Shown here piece by piece: positions 56,331 through 64,000 of a DNA stretch of 64,000 nt. Origin of the DNA: an uncultured cyanobacterium (GTDB lineage: Bacteria; Cyanobacteriota; Cyanobacteriia; Cyanobacteriales; Cyanobacteriaceae). The position numbers and the translations under genes are program-made. The stretch lies in assembly GCA_963710605.1 (NCBI GenBank), contig CAVQBA010000005.1:32001-96000 (forward strand), read 5' to 3'. The notes beneath the pieces were generated by a model that had not been told where the DNA came from, ran no database searches, and saw only the letters and a program-made list of their open reading frames with translations. Every line of letters starts with the position of its first letter. Positions within the stretch are counted from its first letter, which is position 1.

Positions 56331-57536
56331 ATGACATCAGTAAATATAAAATCATTTTCACAGTCTGCTTTAAAAGAATTAGCAGAATCCCAGACTCAGT
56401 CTCCTTGTCTTTCGCTATATATGCCAACTGTAATGGCTGGACGAGAAACTCGTCAAAATTCAATTCGATTTAAAAATTTATTAGGGCAATCGGAAGAAAT
56501 TTTGAATGCAGAAGACGAAAACACTAGTAAAAAAATGCTCAAGTCTTTGGAAGCTTTGATCGATGACAATGACTTTTGGCAACATCAATCTGAAGGGTTA
56601 GCTGTTTTTTGTTCCCCAGAAGGAATAGAGTGCTATCAAGTGCCTAGTACTTTTCAAGAAGTAGTGATGGTAGGCAATGGTTTTTATCTTCGTCCTTTAA
56701 TTCCGCTTTTACTAGAAGCTAAAGAGTTTTTTGTACTTTCCTTAAGTCAAGGAAAAATTCGTCTTTTTAATAGTATGACTAATCAGGGGCAGGAGATTGA
56801 TTTAGGAGATGAAGAAGAGTTTCCTACTAGTGTAGAATCTGCATTACGTTTTGATGATCCAGAAGCACAACTTCAATCTCATTCAAGCGGTGGTACTTCT
56901 AGTGGTGATTCGGCGGCAATTTATCATGGGCAAGGAGTTGCTGGTACTGATAATAAAGAAGAAATTGAGCGATTTTTTCAAATAATTCACCCAAAAATTG
57001 AAGGGATACTCAAAGATACAAATGCTCCTTTAATACTTGCAGGTGTAGATTTTCTTCAACCTATTTATCGATCGGTTAGTAATTATCCTAAAATTCTTGA
57101 ATCAAGTATTAGCGGTAATGTCGAGCATTTAGGAATAGAAGAAATTTGTCAACAAGGATGGGATATTGCTAGTGAATTTTTCCAACAAGAGCATCAACAA
57201 GTAATTGAACAGTTTAAACAACAAAAAAATACTAACCCTGAGCTTTGTGCTCAAACTTTAGAAGAAGTAGTTTTTGCCGCCCTTGATGGTTTAGTCGATA
57301 GTTTACTTCTTGTTTCTACTGATCAAAAACAACAATGGGGGCGTGTTGATAATATTAAAAGACTAATTGAAATCGAACAAGAGCCTAAAAATGATTCTTC
57401 TGTTGAAGAGCTTTTGAATCTTGCCGCCGTTAATACTTTTAGTAAAGGTGGTAATGTTTATCTTGTGTCTGAGGAAGATGATGTCTCTATTGAAGGGGCG
57501 GCGGCTCTTTTAAGAGGTCCTGTAATGGTTCGTTAA
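56331..57536 (+). CDS. bacterial archaeo-eukaryotic release factor homolog (baeRF3/baeRF7-like)
   Basis: CLSLYMPT..GRETRQNSIRFKNLL, DFWQHQSEGLAVF, PLILAG, LLNLAAVNT..GGNVY. Confidence 0.82.
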   Translation: MTSVNIKSFSQSALKELAESQTQSPCLSLYMPTVMAGRETRQNSIRFKNLLGQSEEILNAEDENTSKKMLKSLEALIDDNDFWQHQSEGLAVFCSPEGIECYQVPSTFQEVVMVGNGFYLRPLIPLLLEAKEFFVLSLSQGKIRLFNSMTNQGQEIDLGDEEEFPTSVESALRFDDPEAQLQSHSSGGTSSGDSAAIYHGQGVAGTDNKEEIERFFQIIHPKIEGILKDTNAPLILAGVDFLQPIYRSVSNYPKILESSISGNVEHLGIEEICQQGWDIASEFFQQEHQQVIEQFKQQKNTNPELCAQTLEEVVFAALDGLVDSLLLVSTDQKQQWGRVDNIKRLIEIEQEPKNDSSVEELLNLAAVNTFSKGGNVYLVSEEDDVSIEGAAALLRGPVMVR

Positions 57537-57632
57537 TCAAGACAATAATACAATTAACTATTGTCTAATGAATCTTTGAAACCAAATCCTACTTTTCAAA
57601 GTACAACAATAACTAAATCTAATTAAGAATAA

Positions 57633-57656
57633 AACCTCTTGCTTCGTACAAGAGGT
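57633..57656. terminator. hairpin between convergent genes
   Basis: ACCTCTTG-CTTCGTA-CAAGAGGT. Confidence 0.55.
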
Positions 57657-57732
57657 AAAAAAATACTTTCAAAGGAGTTTCAATCTTCTTTTTTTTAGTT
57701 GAAGAGGCAATTATTGAATGATTTTGATCGTT

Positions 57733-58023
57733 TTAGTTTGTTAATGTAATAAGCACAAATGGTTGGACAATAATAGTGGGAAATTGTTGAGTTGGGTTTT
57801 GATTCCATTGACTTAATTGCTCAGCAGTTGGTTTTTGTAATAATTGTTCGCTGATCCAATTTTGAACTTGATCAGCTTTGTTTTGAGCGATCGCATAACC
57901 AGCATCAATCAAATCTAGTGGCGGATAAACGATAATTAAACTATCTTTTTGAGCATGAGGAATTAAATCTTTCCAATCAATAGGGGCAGTTTGTTCTTCT
58001 AACCTAGTTCTAATATCAGACAT
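57733..58023 (-). CDS. DUF2288 family protein
   Basis: WKDLIPHAQKD, LDLIDAG, IVQPFVL. Confidence 0.85.
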   Translation of the reverse strand: MSDIRTRLEEQTAPIDWKDLIPHAQKDSLIIVYPPLDLIDAGYAIAQNKADQVQNWISEQLLQKPTAEQLSQWNQNPTQQFPTIIVQPFVLITLTN

Positions 58024-58062
58024 CAATCAATTATATTTATTTTAGTTCCACATTAAATAGTA

Positions 58063-58171
58063 TATAGCAATTATCACCATTACGAGGTACATATCGATCC
58101 CCCTAAATCCCCCTTGTTAAGGGGGACTTGTCGATCGCTAACTGTACTTCACAAGTATGGGAAACGCTATA
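58063..58171. mobile_element. TATAGC...GCTATA MITE with D core
   Basis: TATAGC...GAGGTACA / TGTACTTC...GCTATA imperfect TIRs. Confidence 0.8.
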
Positions 58172-58414
58172 TACAGATAATAGTGAACAGTAAATAGATA
58201 ACAGGTGATAAGTAATAGGTCAACAAAGGGCAAAAGGAAAAGGGTAAAGGGCAAAGGGTAAGAGGCAAAAGTAAAAAGTAAAAAGTTATTTATTGTCAAT
58301 TGTCAATTCTTTTTCATCCTTCATCCTTTTGGTATAGTTAATCTATATTAATTTAGATTGAATATTGAGAATATATAATCGATAATTGATAGTTAATAAT
58401 GAAAAATGATAACT

Positions 58415-59149
58415 ATGAGTGATATTACCGTTGTTTTAATTGAAGATCACGATTTGACTCGTATCGGTTTGGTAGCGGCAATTAATCAGTTTGATAATAT
58501 CAAAGTGGTAGGAGATGCGGCTAATGGTAATGATGGTTTGAAAGTTTTGACCCAAAATCATCCTGATATTGCCATCATTGATATCGGTTTACCTGATATT
58601 GACGGGATTGAATTGACTGAGAAATTTAAACAGTCTCTAGTTCAAAAAGAAAAACAGACTAAAGTGATCATTTTGACAATGCACACTCAAGAAGACTCTG
58701 TCTTGGCTGCATTCGCCGCAGGTGCAGATTCTTATAGTTTGAAAGATGTTAGTTTAGAAAATCTTAATCAAGCAATTAAAATTACTTACGAAGGGGATTC
58801 TTGGATTGATCCGGCGATCGCACGTGTTGTTTTGCAACAAGCGAAAAAAATTAAACCACTTAATCCGATAGAAACTCAATTAGAAATAGATCCTTCTTTA
58901 AGTAGTCGTGAAATAGAATCATTAGATCCAGAATCCCAAAAAATTGTTGATAATTTTCCTCTCACCGATCGAGAATTAGAAGTATTAGAATTAATTGTCG
59001 CTGGTTGTAACAATGCTCAAATAGCAGAAAAACTCTTCGTCAGTGTTGGTACTATTAAAACCCATGTTCGCAATATTTTAAATAAGTTATGTGTTGACGA
59101 TCGTACTCAAGCGGCTGTTTGTGCCTTACGTTCTGGTTTAGTAGAATAA
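58415..59149 (+). CDS. NarL/LuxR-family response regulator
   Basis: IEDHDLTR, DIGLPDIDG, LTDRELEVL..GTIKTHVRNILNKL. Confidence 0.93.
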   Translation: MSDITVVLIEDHDLTRIGLVAAINQFDNIKVVGDAANGNDGLKVLTQNHPDIAIIDIGLPDIDGIELTEKFKQSLVQKEKQTKVIILTMHTQEDSVLAAFAAGADSYSLKDVSLENLNQAIKITYEGDSWIDPAIARVVLQQAKKIKPLNPIETQLEIDPSLSSREIESLDPESQKIVDNFPLTDRELEVLELIVAGCNNAQIAEKLFVSVGTIKTHVRNILNKLCVDDRTQAAVCALRSGLVE

Positions 59150-59256
59150 CATTATTGAGACTTCGAGCCATAGTCGTTGAAGAATTATTGATTAGTTAAG
59201 ATAAAATCGATGTGAGGGATGAGGTGAAAATTAACATTTAATAAACACGATAGATT

Positions 59257-60242
59257 ATGAATTTGACTCAAAAGTCTTCTACTTTGTTTAAAGATTTACG
59301 CAATGATATTCAGCCTTTGATGGTTGTGAATCCTTTATACGGATTAGCAAGAGTGTTTGTTTTAGGTTCGCTTTCTTTACTATTAACTGACTTAGCGTGG
59401 ACATCTTTTTTTAATAATTTGTTAGTTTTTAGTATTTTTACTTTTTTAACGGCTATATCTTATGCTTTTTTGTTAATTTGTACTCATGATGCTATTCATC
59501 ATACTTTGACAGGATGGGTTTGGTTTGACGAAACAATTGCTAGAATTATTTCTTATCCTATTTTGTCGGGAGTAGGTACTTATTCTGAATTACATCATCT
59601 TCATCATGGTTGGAATGGGATTAATTTAAACGATCCAGAAAGAGTACAATTAACTCAATCAGAATACGAACGATTACCTTTACTCAGACAATGGTATTAT
59701 CGTCATCAATGGTTTGTAGATATATTTATCGTCGGCTCTATTGGTTTAATTATTAAAAATTTTGTCAAAGGATGGAAGCATCGAAACGATCGTCCTCGTT
59801 TACCCTTACAATTAACGATCGATATTTTAGGTATAGTAGTTGTTCATAGTATTTTATTAGCTTTGGTAATCTCTCAAAATCAGTTGTGGCGTTACTTATT
59901 ATTTTGGTTGATTATCGATCGAGTAATAGGTGCGATATTGCAAACAAGAGATCATTTAGAACATTACGGTAAATGGAAAAGGTAGGAGGGCAACAACTAA
60001 CTCAACTTTATGCGACCAGAAATTTGCAAGTTAATCCGATCGTTGGCTGGCTGATGGGAGGATTAGATTATCATGCGGTACATCATGCTTTTCCCCAAAT
60101 TCCCTTTTATCAATTATCAAAAGCTTATCTAATTGTTCAAAACTCTTTACAAAAACATGATTTACCATTAATGGATGTTCAAGGTGGTTACATCAAAACA
60201 GCTTTAGAATTAAGTAAAACACCTAGCTTGATTGAAGGCTAA
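59257..60242 (+). CDS. fatty acid desaturase family protein; frameshift in A-run 59977-59980 as sequenced
   Basis: His boxes HDAIH, HHLHH, and HAVHH in the second frame. Confidence 0.85.
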
Positions 60243-60321
60243 ATTAAGGGTACAAATCAACATCAGGGTGCAAGCCATGCACCCCTAAGACATCTAAAGT
60301 CAATAGTTAACTATTGATCGA

Positions 60322-60597
60322 TTAGCCACCAGCTACAGCAGGAACAATACTAACTTCATCGCCATCATTTAACTTAGTATCGACATTGTCTAAAAAGCGA
60401 ATATCTTCACTATTGACATAGAAATTTAAGAAGCGACGAGGATTACCTTGCTCATCACAAAGACGAGATTTAATCCCTGGGCAATCATTTTCTAAAGCAT
60501 CAATTAATTCTTGAATTGTATCGGCAGAACATTCGATCGTTGCTTTGTCTTTGGTGAATTTTTGTAAGGGAGTGGGAATTAATACTTTAACAGCCAT
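60322..60597 (-). CDS. MoaD/ThiS/CysO-family ubiquitin-like sulfur carrier
   Basis: [19 protein letters not shown]-terminal PAVAGG; ATG 60597 preferred. Confidence 0.9.
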   Translation of the reverse strand: MAVKVLIPTPLQKFTKDKATIECSADTIQELIDALENDCPGIKSRLCDEQGNPRRFLNFYVNSEDIRFLDNVDTKLNDGDEVSIVPAVAGG

Positions 60598-60726
60598 GAT
60601 TTTTGATAAAGATTGATTTTTAATAAAGTTAACAGACAAAAAAAAACTAACTAGAAGTTAGTAATTGATGATTGATAATGAGTAACTAATAAAATTCATT
60701 ACTCATTATTCATTATTCATTATTCC

Positions 60727-62031
60727 TTAAACTAGTACTTGTTGCCACTCTAAACGATCGAGTGTACGAGAGCGTTCTAAAGCACGTTCAAAACTATCTA
60801 ATTTAGGTTCAATAACTAAAGGCTCGCTAATATGTCCTTGTACTGCTTCTTGAGTTTTTAAACCATTACCAGTGATATAAACAACTGTTTTTTCATCAGG
60901 ATCGATTTTACCCGCTTCAACTAGTTTTTTCAAGACAGCAATAGTTGTACCACCTGCGGTTTCAGTAAAGATACCTTCAGTTTCAGCTAGAAGTTTCATT
61001 CCTTCGATAATTTCAGCATCAGTAACTGATTCGATATTACCATTGGTTTTACGAGCAATATCTAAAGCGTACATTCCGTCTGCTGGATTACCAATAGCGA
61101 TCGATTTAGCGATTGTATTTGGTTTAACGGGAGTAACAAAATCTCTGCCTTCTTTGAATGCTTGAGCGATAGGAGAACAACCTTCAGCTTGAGCACCACT
61201 AAAACGAACAGGTTTATCATCAACTAAACCAACTTTGACAAATTCTTGGAAACCTTTATGTATTTTGGTAAATAACGAACCAGAAGCTAAAGGTGCAACA
61301 ATATGATCAGGTAATTCCCAACCTAATTGCTCAGCTACTTCAAAACCTAATGTTTTAGAGCCTTCAGAATAATAAGGACGTAGATTGATATTCACAAAAC
61401 CCCAACCGTAGCTGTTACCAACTTCACAACAAAGACGGTTAACTTGATCGTAGTTACCATTAACTGCCATCAAAGTTGGATTGTAGATTAATGTACCCAA
61501 TATTTTCCCAGCTTCTAAATCAGCAGGAATAAATACACAACAGTCTAAACCAGCATGAGCGGCGATCGCCGCAGTAGAATTAGCTAAGTTACCAGTACTA
61601 GCACAAGATACTGTGGTAAAACCTAATTCTTTAGCACGAGTTAAAGCGACGGAGACTACTCTATCCTTAAAGCTAAGAGTAGGCATATTAACAGCATCAT
61701 TTTTAATATAAAGATTTTTCAAACCCAAACGACTAGCTAAGCGATTTGATTTAACTAAAGGAGTCATTCCTGTACCTACATCGATCGGATTTTCGCTTTC
61801 TACAGGCAAAAATGCTTTGTAACGCCAGATTGAATTAGGACCATTTGCAATACTTTCACGAGATACCTGTGCTTTGATTGCGTCATAATCATAAGCTACT
61901 TCTAAGGGTGCAAAGGTTTCTTCGCATATATGACGAGCTTCTAGAGGGTATTCAGTACCACCTTCTTTGGAAACCAATTTAGTGAAAGTCGGTTTAAATT
62001 TGTTGCTGGTTTTCTCAATCGCTTGAGTCAT
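60727..62031 (-). CDS. thrC: threonine synthase-like PLP enzyme
   Basis: PTLSFKDR, CASTGNLA, EGSKT, ITGNGLKT. Confidence 0.88.
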   Translation of the reverse strand: MTQAIEKTSNKFKPTFTKLVSKEGGTEYPLEARHICEETFAPLEVAYDYDAIKAQVSRESIANGPNSIWRYKAFLPVESENPIDVGTGMTPLVKSNRLASRLGLKNLYIKNDAVNMPTLSFKDRVVSVALTRAKELGFTTVSCASTGNLANSTAAIAAHAGLDCCVFIPADLEAGKILGTLIYNPTLMAVNGNYDQVNRLCCEVGNSYGWGFVNINLRPYYSEGSKTLGFEVAEQLGWELPDHIVAPLASGSLFTKIHKGFQEFVKVGLVDDKPVRFSGAQAEGCSPIAQAFKEGRDFVTPVKPNTIAKSIAIGNPADGMYALDIARKTNGNIESVTDAEIIEGMKLLAETEGIFTETAGGTTIAVLKKLVEAGKIDPDEKTVVYITGNGLKTQEAVQGHISEPLVIEPKLDSFERALERSRTLDRLEWQQVLV

Positions 62032-62106
62032 TATGTTCTCCTTGTGTACTTAACTCGTAAAAGTTGTTAGTTTGAAATTAATCTTTAAAAATGCCTGTTG
62101 AAAATT

Positions 62107-62135
62107 AGTATAACAACTTACATTTCTTTTAGCAA
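62107..62135 (-). promoter_or_regulatory. sigma70-type promoter for the thrC operon
   Basis: TTGCTA-17 nt-TATACT on the minus strand. Confidence 0.55.
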
Positions 62136-62137
62136 AT

Positions 62138-62162
62138 ATACCCGACTATTTTAGTCTGGATT
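62138..62162. promoter_or_regulatory. Rrf2 (IscR type-1-like) operator
   Basis: ATACCCGACTATTTTAGTCTGGATT vs IscR type 1 consensus ATASYYGACTRWWWYAGTCRRSTAT. Confidence 0.65.
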
Positions 62163-62330
62163 ATAATTCTGTTTAGTTAAGATTACTCTTTTGCTTCTTT
62201 ATCAAACAGAGTTGTTTTGTTAAAAAAAAAGAGTTAAATAGATAATTTAGATGAAGTTGATTGACACTAACCCCTGTAAGTACTGAGTATCATCTCACCG
62301 CTAAAATTACTTACTCGACCACATCAGAGG

Positions 62331-64000
62331 TTAAAGTATTCGACAATTCTCAAATTTGGAAAATACTTGTTTTAATACTTCTAAATTAAATGGTTTGGTA
62401 ATATAATCATCCATCCCTACATCAAAACAAACTTGACGATCGTTTTCCATCGCATTTGCAGTTAAAGCGACAATATAAGGTTGTTTATCTAAATTTTGAC
62501 GAATCCATTTAGTTGCTTCTAAACCATTTAATTGAGGCATTTGCATATCCATTAAAATAAGATCATAAAAGTTATTTTGAACAGATTGAATTACCTCAAT
62601 TCCATTTTTGGCTGTATCAGCTTTATAGCCAAGTTTTTTTAAAGATAACAAAGCTACTTTTTGATTAACTAAATTGTCTTCAGCTAAAAGAATTTTAAGT
62701 AGGAAATGTTGAGAATGTTGATTGTCTTTATTATTAGGAAAAGACAGTGATTTTGGGCTAATTGATTTATTTTCAGACTCAGACAAATTCTCAGCAATAC
62801 TGCTAGGAAAACTTAGGTAAAAAGTAGAGCCGACATTCAATTCACTTTCTAGCCAAATTTTACCATTCATCATCTGAGCTAATCGTTGACTAATATTTAA
62901 TCCTAATCCTGTACCACCATAATTACGAGAAGCAAAACTACTCACTTGCGAAAAAGGGCGAAATAATAAATGTTGGTTTTCTGGAGAGATACCAATTCCT
63001 GTATCTTTGATAGTTAATAAAACAATCTGCTCAGATTTAGTTGTTTTTTCTTTTTGAGGTAAACTGGTTGTTTCGATTTCTGCTGTAATTGTTATTTTTC
63101 CTTGCTCAGTAAATTTAATTGCATTACCAATCAAGTTGATTAAAATTTGCCTGACACGAACAATATCTCCTTTTATATAAGTAGGAAAAGAATTATCGAC
63201 ATTAAAAATTAATTCTAGTTTTTTTCGTTCGATCTCAAATTGAAACAAACGAAAAACATTATTGATTATCGCCACCAGATTAAAAGATTTATCTTCTATT
63301 TTTAAGCTTCCAGATTCAATTTTTGCCAAATCTAAAAGATCATTGATAATAGTTAATAAAACATCAGCACTACCTTGAATCGTCTCGATAAAATCTTGTT
63401 GAGTATTATTCAAAGCCGTTTCTTGTAATAAATTTGTCATGCCAATAATACCGTTCATCGGCGTTCTAATTTCATGACTTATCATGGATAAAAAGTCACT
63501 TTTGGCTTGATTAGCTAATTCGGCTTCTTGCTTTTTTTTCTCCGCTATTTTGCGAGACTTAAGTAAACTTAGTTGGCTTTTTTTTAGTTTTTCCAGATTC
63601 ATTTCCCATCGATCGTATTGCCTTACAGCTGCATTTTGAGAGGCTTCGAGTAATTGAGTCAGTGTGTTTATTTGTGAGTATAATTCTTCTTTTTCTTTTT
63701 GAGAATCTAATTTTTGATTCGGTAATTGTGGGGAATTTTTTGTTGAGATAAATACTTGTGAGGTAGAAGTAAAGGGTAGAATTGCACTTTTGACACTTAA
63801 TGCTAGTAAGCTAAATAGTTGTGCGACGTTATAAGAGATTTTTACTCGTGAAAATATAATAATACTAAATAAATTACCATCAGATATTAACCCGCCAAAA
63901 CCTAGTACAGATTTAACTTTGAAAGGAATTATAAAATTATCTTGAGCGGGAATAAAAGGACTATCAACGGCTGAAGGAACATAAAAAACATTATATTTTT
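62331..64000 (-). CDS. hybrid histidine kinase; start lies beyond the window end
   Basis: [33 protein letters not shown]; frame stays open upstream of 63602 ([17 protein letters not shown]). Confidence 0.9.
   Translation of the reverse strand, partial: KYNVFYVPSAVDSPFIPAQDNFIIPFKVKSVLGFGGLISDGNLFSIIIFSRVKISYNVAQLFSLLALSVKSAILPFTSTSQVFISTKNSPQLPNQKLDSQKEKEELYSQINTLTQLLEASQNAAVRQYDRWEMNLEKLKKSQLSLLKSRKIAEKKKQEAELANQAKSDFLSMISHEIRTPMNGIIGMTNLLQETALNNTQQDFIETIQGSADVLLTIINDLLDLAKIESGSLKIEDKSFNLVAIINNVFRLFQFEIERKKLELIFNVDNSFPTYIKGDIVRVRQILINLIGNAIKFTEQGKITITAEIETTSLPQKEKTTKSEQIVLLTIKDTGIGISPENQHLLFRPFSQVSSFASRNYGGTGLGLNISQRLAQMMNGKIWLESELNVGSTFYLSFPSSIAENLSESENKSISPKSLSFPNNKDNQHSQHFLLKILLAEDNLVNQKVALLSLKKLGYKADTAKNGIEVIQSVQNNFYDLILMDMQMPQLNGLEATKWIRQNLDKQPYIVALTANAMENDRQVCFDVGMDDYITKPFNLEVLKQVFSKFENCRIL

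Overview
AT-rich cyanobacterial chromosomal window. It carries psbDC, prk, petH, acsF, mgdE and a pilH-pilI-pilJ cluster, and CGATCG HIP1 cores are abundant; the overall style suggests a unicellular Cyanobacterium/Geminocystis-like organism (inference). About 50 genes are mostly housekeeping. I found no rRNA, tRNA, CRISPR array, prophage or full-length transposase. The unusual signal is non-coding. (1) Intergenic DNA holds several families of tiny structured repeats nested inside each other: TATA-ended MITE shells, a 44-47 nt element with a covarying stem, a ~58 nt double hairpin, GTAG REPs, and 27-nt inserts in HIP1 cores. (2) A ~300 nt structured leader with an anti-SD mimic precedes a baeRF (release-factor/hibernation-like) gene. 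(3) An IscR/Rrf2-type operator precedes a thrC-like plus sulfur-carrier operon. (4) An uncalled Cys-rich NPCA-repeat mini-ORF sits back-to-back with a cupin remnant. (5) Seven conserved genes are interrupted, five of them at CGATCG or GGNCC motifs, most likely methylation-linked sequencing errors. All calls are by-eye recognition; no database search was run.
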